DNA of 51,410 nt, taken from IMG/VR virus record IMGVR_UViG_3300048574_000548, positions 1 to 51,410 of that record. One strand, given 5' to 3'. The notes under the pieces are model-generated. The model made no database searches. It had not been told where the DNA came from and worked only from the letters and a program-made list of their open reading frames with translations. Shown here in pieces: positions 36,346 through 46,429 of the stretch (its first letter is position 1; the number at the start of each line of letters is the position of its first letter). Position numbers and translations under genes: made by a program. The DNA comes from a virus. Taxonomy: Duplodnaviria > Caudoviricetes.

Positions 36346-37710
36346 GTGCCGAATACAGTAAGGATACCGGAGTTGCCTTCACGTACTGCAGGGCTTGATC
36401 TTTCCTTTTCTGATCTCCTGCCTATTTACATCGCTTCGGAGAATAAGACAAGGAGGGTAGACCTGCAATCGCTGTACACCTTCTTTCAATCAGGTGGCGT
36501 TGGCGGTTCTCATGCGCCGGTAGAATATGGCGGTATGATGATCTACCGGGTTCCTGATGATATCCCTGAAGGGACGACTACAGTTTCAATCCCCTCCCTT
36601 GCTGGTAAGGACTTCTTTCTTCGGCGCGGTGGCTTGCCATTGATACCACAAACGAATCCATCAAGGCCTGATGCACAGTTTGAAATTCAGAACGCCGGCG
36701 GATTTGCTTTGGTCCAGGATGGAGACCAGTTGAATCCTGGTGAGCTCTTTGAACTGTTTATATTCTCGCTCATTGCACAGAGCCCTGGTCCTGCTCCCAG
36801 CACTTCTTCCGGGGCATTCATAAAAGGAAGGAAAACGATATCCACCAATACAGTGCTGGATGTAGAACAAGACCTTAATAAACTGATCCAGGCAAGGGCT
36901 GGAGTAAATGCAATAACGGTGACGCTTCCAAACGTGGATGATGTACCGGAGAACACCTTTATTCCTATTGAGACAAACATCAATAACACAAAGCCGCTTA
37001 CAGTTACTACCACCGGTGGACAGTTTATTTATTTCAAGAACACAAGTAAAACGACTGTCTACATGCACCCTGGTGAGGTCCTTTGGTTGTTCAGGGATGA
37101 TGACGGATGGTATGTGACCAGTGATTTTTACCAGGTGTACCGGCAAATAGGTAAACCTTATGCAGTATATAATATCGATGTAGAGGATAACGAAATATTA
37201 TGCATGGGACAATTGGTTAACCGGGCCGACTATCCTCGACTTTGGGAGTACGCATTGCGGCAGGGGGCATCCCTTGTAACTGACGAGGTTTGGAATACAG
37301 AATCAGTGGTTATTGAAGGCCGGACAGAGCCTTTTCCTTACATAGGTTGCTTCAGCACCGGTGACGGTTCTACAACATTCCGGTTGCCTAATCTGATGAA
37401 TGTTGCACTCCGAGGATTAAAATCTACCTCAGGCGCTGATCCCGAAAGATACCTGAATAAATCAGGTGGAAGACAGAAGAACCAAAACCTGAAACATGGT
37501 CACTTTACCATTTCTGATGAATCTACAAGCGGAGATGTTGCTGGTGTAAGTGATACAAAGTCTACGGCGAAGAGTAATGAGTTAAATAATAATCCATCAT
37601 ACCGTTTAAAAGGAAGCCCAATTGTTCCGGGACTCGGGCCTAGCAGCGAAAGTGGTGGAACGGAAGCGAGGATGGACAATGTGGGTATCCTATGGGCTAT
37701 GAAATATTAA
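36346..37710 (+). CDS. Tail fibre protein with tail-collar domain
   Basis: N-terminal VRIPELP anchor motif; CMGQLVNRADYPRLW, GDGSTTFRLPNL, GGTEARMDNV. Confidence 0.8.
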   Translation: MPNTVRIPELPSRTAGLDLSFSDLLPIYIASENKTRRVDLQSLYTFFQSGGVGGSHAPVEYGGMMIYRVPDDIPEGTTTVSIPSLAGKDFFLRRGGLPLIPQTNPSRPDAQFEIQNAGGFALVQDGDQLNPGELFELFIFSLIAQSPGPAPSTSSGAFIKGRKTISTNTVLDVEQDLNKLIQARAGVNAITVTLPNVDDVPENTFIPIETNINNTKPLTVTTTGGQFIYFKNTSKTTVYMHPGEVLWLFRDDDGWYVTSDFYQVYRQIGKPYAVYNIDVEDNEILCMGQLVNRADYPRLWEYALRQGASLVTDEVWNTESVVIEGRTEPFPYIGCFSTGDGSTTFRLPNLMNVALRGLKSTSGADPERYLNKSGGRQKNQNLKHGHFTISDESTSGDVAGVSDTKSTAKSNELNNNPSYRLKGSPIVPGLGPSSESGGTEARMDNVGILWAMKY

Positions 37711-37711
37711 A

Positions 37712-40285
37712 ATGAAAAGGATGAAAAAAATATTGTTGGTTTTCCTTGCCGCTTTATGTGGCCTGGTTGCTCCTGCGCAGAAGTACCAGGAGAACGGAAC
37801 TCCAATGGACTTTAAAAACGGGCTGAGGGTAGGAAAAAATCTCCGTGTTCCGTCAGATACATTAGCATCTGCTGATAGCAATTCTATTGCAGCTAAGAGT
37901 GGTACTATTTTTATTAAAGATGGTAGTGGTTATTGGAGAAAAATAATCGGTAGTTCAACTGATAGTTTCGACACAACCTATCAGCTAATATTCTCCAGCC
38001 TTGTATTTGATCACTACTTAGTTTACGCGTATACCGATTCCTCGACTGGCTATCACTACTACAACGATTCAATTGCACTTAAAGGGCAATCGGATATAGC
38101 TGATAATAAGTTTTTGGGTCAGAAGGATGGAGCTGTTGGTTTCCACCCCATGTATTTGCAAACCGTTCTGGATGCCGGTGGCGGGATTAATCGGCGAAAC
38201 TGGTTAAACTTCAATGGATACAAATTTAATTGGGATTCCATAGGCGGGTTTCATTTGGCGGTTAAAGCATTTATGGATACTGCTTTTTCAATAATCCGTG
38301 GCGGCGGCTTAAATCTGCTAACTGTTCGGAACTCCGATGGGTATACTGTCGTACACAACTTTACAACGAATTCTGGGAATGTAAATATCAATAACGCGAC
38401 CGGGATGACTATAAGTAATAGTTATCTGCGGATGGGTTCGGGATCGAGAATAGTATCAGAAAATGGGCCACTCGTTATTGAACGCTCCCGAATCCCAGGA
38501 AGTGGAGGTGGATTGCAGGGGCTGATAATAACAAATGATACGCTTGGTTTACCGGGCACTGCGGATTCATCGACATTGTCGCTATTAGAAATACAATTCA
38601 GAAATTATAATAACAATTTGCGGGACCCGAAGGTGAAGATATTTGCCGATGGGTCAATTTGGATTCCATACACTCCTTATATAAGTGCGGCGTCCGTCGA
38701 TTCTTTATTGGCAATAAAGAATGGGAAATTAGTGAAGGTGTTGAAGTCTGATATCGGCGGAGGTGGTGGCGGCGCTGTGAACTCTGTATTTGGCCGCACT
38801 GGTGATGTAGTGGCAGCTTCAGGGGATTATACTTGGGCGCAGATTAATAAAACATCTTCCTCTCTGGCTGATATCGCTACCAGAAATTGGTCTGATCTGC
38901 AGAACAAGCCAACAACGCTTGCTACGATTGGCATCACGGATGCTCAGCCGTTGGACGGGGACCTGACATCTATTTCGGCGATCTCATCTAATGGCATTCC
39001 CAAACGGACAGGAGCCAATACATGGAGCATTGCAACTGCTGGCACTGATTATGCTCTTCCATTGACTACACCTGACAACATGGTATCTGTGACCCCTTCC
39101 ACCAGTGCCATCTCCTTGAAGAATACCTTTAATGCCCTGACTTCAGGAACTTCAATAACCGTAGACCTATCACTTGGCCCTAATTATAGTTTATCACTTG
39201 CTCACAATGCTGCAATCACTTTCACGAATGCACAGGCTGGCAACTGGTTTCAAATTTGGGTAACACAGACTGCTGGTGGCAATACTCTTACAATAGCTGG
39301 ACAACCCGTTTCTATAAATAGCACTGCATCGTCTCTATCATGGGTAAGCGGTGTATATAATGGCTCTGCCTGGGTGATCGGAAAGAATGTGGCAGACCCC
39401 GTTAACCTGGCAAGCAGCAGCGCGATAACAGGTGTGCTACCTTATACCAACGGCGGTATAGGATTATCATCACTTGGTACAGCTAATCAGATGTTGCGCG
39501 TCAACAGTGGTGGCACATCCCTGGAGTACTTTACTCCATCTTACTTAACCGGAAATCAAAGCATATCCTTCACACCGAATGCAGGTGGAGATATTACCGG
39601 ATCTGCTTCTGGCACAACAAGCCTCACACCTAATCTCACGATTGGCAATGACAAAGTCACCTATGCCAAGATGCAGAATGTATCTAATACAAACAGAATC
39701 ATGGGTCGTATTACTGCAGGTGCAGGTGATATGGAAGAGTTGACCAGTACACAAGCAACAAGTTTATTGGACGTGTTTACTTCCCTGCTGAAAGGTTTAG
39801 TTCCTCCTTCTGGTGGAGGTACGACAAACTTCCTTAGGGCAGACGGATCTTTTGCCAATCCTCATTCAGGTGATGAAGTTGGTATTTATACACCAACTCT
39901 TACATGGGTCAATGGCGGCAACTCAGCTACAGCGGCTGGGTTCAAATATTCTGCCAGTGGGGATGCAGTAAAAATCGTTAAGATATCGGGTAGGGTTAAT
40001 GTGAATTCCGCAACTGATGCTACCGATAATTTATGGCAGCTAAGAGTAAGCCTGCCATCTGGGCTTACCGAAACATTCGGTACCGTTAATTCAGTTACTG
40101 GAATAGTATCAGTTAGCCTCACCGATGGCAGCTATGTACCCGCAGTCAATGCAGGAGCATTAACAGCAGGATTCTGTACGGCAGATATTACCAATAATGA
40201 AATACTACTCAATTTCAAAGAGCCAACAAATGATGGGTTCTTTTCAGTATGGGTGGAATGCACCTACGTGATAACAAATGATTAA
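37712..40285 (+). CDS. Tail-fibre-like protein with predicted Sec signal peptide
   Basis: MKKILLVFLAALCGLVAPA/Q; VNSVFGRTGDVVA, WSDLQNKPTTL..GITDAQPLD, VTYAKMQNV, FLRADG. Confidence 0.7.
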   Translation: MKRMKKILLVFLAALCGLVAPAQKYQENGTPMDFKNGLRVGKNLRVPSDTLASADSNSIAAKSGTIFIKDGSGYWRKIIGSSTDSFDTTYQLIFSSLVFDHYLVYAYTDSSTGYHYYNDSIALKGQSDIADNKFLGQKDGAVGFHPMYLQTVLDAGGGINRRNWLNFNGYKFNWDSIGGFHLAVKAFMDTAFSIIRGGGLNLLTVRNSDGYTVVHNFTTNSGNVNINNATGMTISNSYLRMGSGSRIVSENGPLVIERSRIPGSGGGLQGLIITNDTLGLPGTADSSTLSLLEIQFRNYNNNLRDPKVKIFADGSIWIPYTPYISAASVDSLLAIKNGKLVKVLKSDIGGGGGGAVNSVFGRTGDVVAASGDYTWAQINKTSSSLADIATRNWSDLQNKPTTLATIGITDAQPLDGDLTSISAISSNGIPKRTGANTWSIATAGTDYALPLTTPDNMVSVTPSTSAISLKNTFNALTSGTSITVDLSLGPNYSLSLAHNAAITFTNAQAGNWFQIWVTQTAGGNTLTIAGQPVSINSTASSLSWVSGVYNGSAWVIGKNVADPVNLASSSAITGVLPYTNGGIGLSSLGTANQMLRVNSGGTSLEYFTPSYLTGNQSISFTPNAGGDITGSASGTTSLTPNLTIGNDKVTYAKMQNVSNTNRIMGRITAGAGDMEELTSTQATSLLDVFTSLLKGLVPPSGGGTTNFLRADGSFANPHSGDEVGIYTPTLTWVNGGNSATAAGFKYSASGDAVKIVKISGRVNVNSATDATDNLWQLRVSLPSGLTETFGTVNSVTGIVSVSLTDGSYVPAVNAGALTAGFCTADITNNEILLNFKEPTNDGFFSVWVECTYVITND

Positions 40286-40291
40286 GCAATT

Positions 40292-40492
40292 ATGAGGATC
40301 TTCTTATTGATAACATTGATGATATTATTATTTGGATGTGTGAAGCCAAAACAGAACGATTCAGTTTGTTGGGAATGCACCTACCTTATCAATGATAAGG
40401 ATATGGGTGCTTATGCATGCGGAAAGCTTCCAGACATACCGGTAAATGCCATTAATATCCATTGTAAACAAGTTTCCAAGCCAATTCAATGA
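40292..40492 (+). CDS. Small Cys-rich lipoprotein
   Basis: Lipobox LLFG/C; four further Cys. Confidence 0.65.
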   Translation: MRIFLLITLMILLFGCVKPKQNDSVCWECTYLINDKDMGAYACGKLPDIPVNAINIHCKQVSKPIQ

Positions 40493-41145
40493 GACTGCTA
40501 CCCATCATATTATTTTTATCAGTGCAATCAAATGCACAGCCTTTCCTTTTAATTGGTAAAACTCCGGTGAAGTCCGTTGCTCCACCGGTTACTTACCTGG
40601 ACAGTGCTCAATTCGCATTTTCATTGAGCCAAGATGTTGCGGGATATACCATGTTAAAAGGCAATCCTAACCTGGCTGTTTTCTCTGCAACAGGATCATA
40701 CGGCATAAGCGTGACTTCGGTTGCTACAAACAAGTGGACTTCTGGTCTTTCTGGCGGTAGTGATAATGGGGGCCAGACCGGGGCTATAAGCAATAAGTAC
40801 TGGTTTGGACAACTACCTGTAGGAACGATTGCGGATTCTAACATGGTTGTATATGGGTTGGTACCGGGTGCTGGATACGCATTAGGGTTCTTTGCTTCCA
40901 GGGATGCCAGCGCGGTCGGCGCTGCGCAACGATATTGTTCCTACATTATCCGGGATGCGAACGGAGATACAACGATTTTAGATTACAATATCAAAGGCAA
41001 TGTAAACACATTCGTTTCTGGCGGTGTAAGAACTGCTGACGCGAATGGCCGAATTCAAATTCGTTGCAACCCACGGTCGCCGACTGACGCTATACACAAT
41101 TTCGCTTACATAGGAATTTTAACTGTTAAACGATATCCAAGATAA
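40489..41145 (+). CDS. Secreted beta-rich protein
   Basis: MRLLPIILFLSVQSNA/Q signal peptide. Confidence 0.65.
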   Translation: MRLLPIILFLSVQSNAQPFLLIGKTPVKSVAPPVTYLDSAQFAFSLSQDVAGYTMLKGNPNLAVFSATGSYGISVTSVATNKWTSGLSGGSDNGGQTGAISNKYWFGQLPVGTIADSNMVVYGLVPGAGYALGFFASRDASAVGAAQRYCSYIIRDANGDTTILDYNIKGNVNTFVSGGVRTADANGRIQIRCNPRSPTDAIHNFAYIGILTVKRYPR

Positions 41146-41146
41146 A

Positions 41147-44100
41147 ATGAAACGCGCACTACTTTTATTGACTGTATTGATCTCCATTGCTGCTTCCGCG
41201 CAGACGAAGCTGGAAAAGATCTTTGTGAAGTTTAAGGAGGATAGGCTCGATCTTTCACAGCCTGCATTGTTATATAAACCTTCCGGGTATGATCCTACGA
41301 AGAAATATCCAATAATGATATTTGGGCACGGGGCTGGCGAAGGCTACACCGGCCAACCAGGAGATGTGGAAAGCGTAAACAAGGACGGACGTGTACTTTC
41401 CAGGATATACAACAACTTAAATTCTGGCGGGCCGATGTATTTTATAGAGAATACGGCTTGGCCGGATAGCTTCCGTGTGGGTGGTAGTGGGCCGTGGGAA
41501 AAAATGTTTTTTCTCGCCATTCAGGCACCAGCCTGGTCCTTGAATGCCCAACAGACAGACGTGGCTATTAAGTATCTTTTACAGACTTACCCTTTTTTGG
41601 ACAAGGACAGGATTTATTTAACAGGCTTGAGTGCTGGTGCGGAAATGGTGGTAAACTATGCCGGTAGAACTATCCAGAACGGCAATCCTTATTCGGAATG
41701 GACTCCTCTATATTTCAAACCGGCCGCAATTATACCCGCATCGCAAGCTAATGGATCGGCACAAATAAAAGCACAGCGAGCTGTTGAGGATTCTATTCAT
41801 GCGTGGGGATTTGGGCAGGACCCGGAAGACATACATGGAGCTGCAACTAAGGCGCAGATGGCATTTATGGAAGCTGCTAAAGCAGGATTCGGAAGATGGA
41901 CAGATTATGTTGGGTCTATAGTGCATTGCTGCTGGAATACCATATACACACCTTCTTATAAGGAGACTATCAACGGCCAAAGCATGAACATCTACGAGTG
42001 GGCGCTGCAGTATTCCAGGGCTACGCCGACAACGCCGACAATTACTATTCCTTCCAATCAACTCAGCCAAACGATTACGCTGCCGACAAATTCTGCAACG
42101 ATAAATGCAACATATACCTTGGGGTCTGGTACATTGTCATCCAAAACCTGGACAAAGCAAAGCGGCCCATCATCCGGTTTTACTATCGGCTCACCGAATA
42201 GCGAGAATTGCACGTTCACCTTCACTGCGCCGGGCACGTTTGTTTTCCGATTCACTGTTGTGACAAGTACGGCTACAACTTACCGCGATGTAACTATAGT
42301 GGTGAATGATCCGTTGCCAACAGCCACAGTGAATAGCCCATCCATTACCCTACCAACCACTACGGCGGCGCTGACATCGACAGGAACAAGTAACTACAGT
42401 TTTACCCGTGAATGGTCCCCTTTAAAGAAAGTCGGACAGGCGCCGGTATCAGTACTGATAAATGGAGCTTCAACGGCAACCGGCTCAGGCCTCGGTAGTC
42501 CAGCGAATTCGTTCGTGAATAAGCTGGCCAGCTTCTGGACCAAGTACAACATCGCAACGGTAACGAATAAAGCGGTAGGCGGTGCAGATATTTTCGACGT
42601 AAATATTACCAGCGATTTAAATACCGGGTGTAAGATATGGATAGGCAACTTCCCTTCCAATGCCTTCACAACAGCGGACGGCTATTCAATCACACAGATT
42701 TGCCAACAGTTTCAAAAAATAAAGGATAGCTGTGATGCAAGAGGCGTATTGTTTTATATTACCGGTACACAGCCACGTGGGGATTTCGGGGATGCCGATC
42801 AGTTGCGATTGAAGGTAATTAACGACTCGCTGAAACTTCGTTTTCCAAATAACATTATTGATATCTGGACTGCAGTAGCTGGTTCGGATAACCGGTATAA
42901 GCCGGAATATATCATTGAGACAGACCCGATACACGGCAATGAAGCTATGCACAGCCGGTTGTTTGAATTGATCGTTGCAAAGAATATCACACGTACTTTT
43001 GTAACAGGTGCAGGAACGATCAGCACACCGACTTCCGCTAATACAAACGTAACAGGCCTATCAGCTGCCGGTACTTATTATTACCAACACGCCATCGTCG
43101 ATCAGCGAGGTTATGCTGCTTACGCCGTAAGCACCGTAACTGTGAATGCAGCATCGGCGGTACCGCCAACCGTAAATGCAGGAAGCAGCCAAACTATTAC
43201 GCTTCCTACTGCCCAGGTAACGCTTACGGGCTCCGCTACACCTGCAGGCGGGAAAACAATTGCCTCGTACTTCTGGGAGTTAGAAATGGGGGTAGGTTCC
43301 TACGAAATAGTTTCACCCAATTCCGCGACCACAGTTGTAAGAAGCCTTACAGCGGGTACTTACACGTTCCGTCTCCGGGCAACCGACAATACCGGAGTGG
43401 TTGGTCAAAACACTGTCCATGTGACGGTGAATCCAAATCCTTCGCCTGGTGGAGATCCGTACCCGGTTATGTTTGGAACGACAGAGTATGGAGCATATCC
43501 GATGTATTACTACCCTGGCCAAGATTCCACGAAGGTTCTGGTATACTACTTTAACGATGCTTCCAAAAAAGTCGAAGCAGCACCGATCAATCTCGGTGGT
43601 AAGAATGCTAAGTATGTAGCTGCGGGTTTTGCGGCACATATCGGTACAGGCAATTTTGCTTATGTGTTGGACGAGGACGGCTACTTGTGGAGGAACCGTC
43701 GAATACCTACCAACCAGGCAGATCGAATTGATACCGATACTACCGGCGCTTCTTTCTCGGGAAACGAAAAAGTATGGGTGCACATGAGTACGTTTATTAC
43801 GCTGAAAGCGGACGGGTCACTGTATTATGGAGGCAAGGACGACTATAATTTATATGCCGGCAATAATGCCATTCTGCAGCCGATTAAATTCGGGATGACT
43901 GATACTGTATATACCGATGTTTCCGTTGGCCGTAGCATACTCGCTATTACCAGCAGTGGAACGGTGCACGAGTGGAACCAGAACGGAAGCCTTACACCTA
44001 CGATCAGAACATTCCCTCGGCCAGTGGTCGGTATTTATTCAAGCTATTTCGACGTGAAGATAGCTCTGGTGCCGGATGCAACAGGCTCCCAAACGATGGG

Positions 44101-45286
44101 TTATCCTTATGTATGGGGTAATGCCTACCAATACTGGGGAGGCACACAAGCCTATACTACGCCTACCTCTATTAAATCGCTGTGGCAGCTTACACAACCG
44201 ATAAAAAAAATAAAAGGAATTCAAAATGCGATCTATTACATCGACAGTACTGCACGCCTCTTTGCCATCGGCGATAACGTGCAGGGGGAGCTGGGTAACG
44301 GATCAGAATGGGTGAATCATGCTGAAACAAATCCAAAGCCGTACGATTGGGATTGGGGCACTGGCAGAGCATTGTCTGGTGCACCGCCACAGGAGATCAT
44401 GCCTGGATCGGGAATTAAATGGAAAGACATCTTCACTTCCTCGAATCTTCAATTCTATGTATGGGCTATAGATTCGACGAATAATCCATATTTCTGGGGG
44501 CGTGACAAAAGTTTGGTGGGTTGGAGTGGCAAGCAAAGCAACCAAGAACAGCTTTATCCGAATGCCATGGACCAGCTTACGCCGCAGCTCAGAAATCCAA
44601 TCGCAGCTACACCGGTAGTCTCAGTGCCATTTGCGATATATACACTTACCGCTGGCAAAGACACTACAATATCTAACTCATCCTACACAGTTAACGCAAT
44701 CGGTACACCTTCGACCGGTTACAGTATTGCAGGCTGGGAATGGGTGTGGAAAGTAAATCCTGGGGAGGCTACAATTGCGAACCCGGCCGGCCAAACCACG
44801 CAGATCACCAATCTTAAGCCAGGAACCTATACGCTTACTGTAACAATGACGGATAATAATACCGCTACGATCAGTGACGATATCACGATCACAGTACTTG
44901 CCGGTTCTGTTAATCAGCCTCCGGTGCCAGTGCCTGGACTCAGCAGAGAAATATCTGCCCAAGTTGCGCAGATCGTGTTAGACGGTTCACAAAGCACAGA
45001 CGATGGTTTCATTAAGATCTATCAGTGGAGGCAGACCGGAGGCCCAACCTGCGTTATCACGAATCCGCTAGCCGCTCAGACATCCGTAACAGGCATGACT
45101 ACGGTTGGTTCGTATGTGTTTGAGCTTTCGGTGACAGATAATGATGATGTGGTAAGAACAGCAACAGTTACAATATCCGTAATACCGTTCATCGGTGGGC
45201 CGAAACCGGTGATTGAGGTGCCTAATACCGGTGTGAATATTTATAACCGTCCGAAAATAAAGATCAGTGTGGTGATCGAACAATAA
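41147..45286 (+). CDS. Secreted multidomain protein: alpha/beta hydrolase + PKD + SGNH hydrolase + RCC1-like + PKD
   Basis: Signal ASA/Q; HGAGE, GLSAG, HCCW; GAST...DPIH; GDNVQGELGNG; repeated AG..QTITLP...W...GTY.F.L..TDN. Confidence 0.8.
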   Translation: MKRALLLLTVLISIAASAQTKLEKIFVKFKEDRLDLSQPALLYKPSGYDPTKKYPIMIFGHGAGEGYTGQPGDVESVNKDGRVLSRIYNNLNSGGPMYFIENTAWPDSFRVGGSGPWEKMFFLAIQAPAWSLNAQQTDVAIKYLLQTYPFLDKDRIYLTGLSAGAEMVVNYAGRTIQNGNPYSEWTPLYFKPAAIIPASQANGSAQIKAQRAVEDSIHAWGFGQDPEDIHGAATKAQMAFMEAAKAGFGRWTDYVGSIVHCCWNTIYTPSYKETINGQSMNIYEWALQYSRATPTTPTITIPSNQLSQTITLPTNSATINATYTLGSGTLSSKTWTKQSGPSSGFTIGSPNSENCTFTFTAPGTFVFRFTVVTSTATTYRDVTIVVNDPLPTATVNSPSITLPTTTAALTSTGTSNYSFTREWSPLKKVGQAPVSVLINGASTATGSGLGSPANSFVNKLASFWTKYNIATVTNKAVGGADIFDVNITSDLNTGCKIWIGNFPSNAFTTADGYSITQICQQFQKIKDSCDARGVLFYITGTQPRGDFGDADQLRLKVINDSLKLRFPNNIIDIWTAVAGSDNRYKPEYIIETDPIHGNEAMHSRLFELIVAKNITRTFVTGAGTISTPTSANTNVTGLSAAGTYYYQHAIVDQRGYAAYAVSTVTVNAASAVPPTVNAGSSQTITLPTAQVTLTGSATPAGGKTIASYFWELEMGVGSYEIVSPNSATTVVRSLTAGTYTFRLRATDNTGVVGQNTVHVTVNPNPSPGGDPYPVMFGTTEYGAYPMYYYPGQDSTKVLVYYFNDASKKVEAAPINLGGKNAKYVAAGFAAHIGTGNFAYVLDEDGYLWRNRRIPTNQADRIDTDTTGASFSGNEKVWVHMSTFITLKADGSLYYGGKDDYNLYAGNNAILQPIKFGMTDTVYTDVSVGRSILAITSSGTVHEWNQNGSLTPTIRTFPRPVVGIYSSYFDVKIALVPDATGSQTMGYPYVWGNAYQYWGGTQAYTTPTSIKSLWQLTQPIKKIKGIQNAIYYIDSTARLFAIGDNVQGELGNGSEWVNHAETNPKPYDWDWGTGRALSGAPPQEIMPGSGIKWKDIFTSSNLQFYVWAIDSTNNPYFWGRDKSLVGWSGKQSNQEQLYPNAMDQLTPQLRNPIAATPVVSVPFAIYTLTAGKDTTISNSSYTVNAIGTPSTGYSIAGWEWVWKVNPGEATIANPAGQTTQITNLKPGTYTLTVTMTDNNTATISDDITITVLAGSVNQPPVPVPGLSREISAQVAQIVLDGSQSTDDGFIKIYQWRQTGGPTCVITNPLAAQTSVTGMTTVGSYVFELSVTDNDDVVRTATVTISVIPFIGGPKPVIEVPNTGVNIYNRPKIKISVVIEQ

Positions 45287-45298
45287 CGCTTAAAACAA

Positions 45299-45475
45299 AT
45301 GAAAGCAATGGACAACCATAGCAACATCGAACAATCTAACGGCCTCGCTTTACTGACAGTTGTTCTATACATATTTGCCTCCCTGTCGCTAAAGGATTGG
45401 GCTACGATCCTCGCTATGGGGGCGGCTATTACCACGATCGCTGTTAACATTCGAAATCTATCAAAGAAAAAATAA
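45299..45475 (+). CDS. Putative class II holin with dual-start motif (not in ORF track)
   Basis: MKAMDNHSNIEQSNGLALLTVVLYIFASLSLKDWATILAMGAAITTIAVNIRNLSKKK: two hydrophobic helices, basic tail. Confidence 0.7.
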   Translation: MKAMDNHSNIEQSNGLALLTVVLYIFASLSLKDWATILAMGAAITTIAVNIRNLSKKK

Positions 45476-45480
45476 TCATC

Positions 45481-45876
45481 ATGAAATATTATCTATTACT
45501 ATGGCTTGCGGTACTGCTTGGACAATTCTTTGTTTCCACTATCACTGTGTGGATCGACCAAAGAAATAATCCAAAGATTGACTATATGCAAGCATTGAAA
45601 GTTTACTATCGTAAAGAGGTGGGTACCTACCTGGTTATCTTCTCTTTTACGCTACTGCTGACATTTATTTTATCGGACTGGATGGATCTTTCGGCAACCA
45701 GGCAGGAGCTAATGACGATTGCAGAGCGGAACAAATTCGAAGAAGCGCAGATAAGGTTTCGGACTTATGCGACCTGCTACGGCGTGTTTGCGCAATTAAT
45801 CGCACTATTTTTCTTTAAAGGCGGCCGTAATGCTGTAAAACAATTCGGCCAGGACAAAGGCATCGATTTAAACTAA
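45481..45876 (+). CDS. 3-TM membrane protein, holin candidate
   Basis: Three hydrophobic segments, lysis-cassette position. Confidence 0.55.
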   Translation: MKYYLLLWLAVLLGQFFVSTITVWIDQRNNPKIDYMQALKVYYRKEVGTYLVIFSFTLLLTFILSDWMDLSATRQELMTIAERNKFEEAQIRFRTYATCYGVFAQLIALFFFKGGRNAVKQFGQDKGIDLN

Positions 45877-45881
45877 CTATT

Positions 45882-46382
45882 ATGACCAGAACAGAATTAA
45901 ACAGATTGGCCTATGTATGGTTCGCTGCGGTGGTGGCGATAGCTATGCTGCTGCTTTCTTCCTGCAATGTGTTGAAACAAAAACAAAGCAAGAAAGCTGA
46001 CCTGGTGCAAAATGATACGACGTCTGTAAAGACAGGGTATACCAATGTTAAAACAGAAGCAGGAAGCAGCAAGGAAGATTCCCGGTATGAAAAGGAAACA
46101 ACGATCACACCGACTATCATCCGTGACACCATTGCTAATACGGTGAAGGTATATCCAACAACCTATATCCGGGAAAAGGGAGAAGCTCAGAGGGAATTTA
46201 TATACCTCAACAGCGATAGTACCCGGTTTGAGAAATTGGAACAGGCGTTATCCACGCTCACGCTGGCCATGGCTGAGCAATATAAATACAAGAAGAGCGT
46301 CACGCCGTGGTATGTGTGGGTGGCATTAGCATGGGCTGCATTATGTAGCGTAGCTATTGTCTACTTGATAATAAGAAAATAA
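45882..46382 (+). CDS. Unimolecular spanin candidate
   Basis: N-terminal lipobox LSS/C plus C-terminal TM helix ending in RK. Confidence 0.7.
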   Translation: MTRTELNRLAYVWFAAVVAIAMLLLSSCNVLKQKQSKKADLVQNDTTSVKTGYTNVKTEAGSSKEDSRYEKETTITPTIIRDTIANTVKVYPTTYIREKGEAQREFIYLNSDSTRFEKLEQALSTLTLAMAEQYKYKKSVTPWYVWVALAWAALCSVAIVYLIIRK

Positions 46383-46429
46383 ATGGTTCACATGAAAGAA
46401 GCATCTGGCTGGTAATAAAAAAAATTAAA

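Noticed and set aside
29876-45286. Numerous antisense ORFs inside TMP, tail and secreted genes
   Set aside because: Shadow frames of long well-supported genes, with no motifs or promoters
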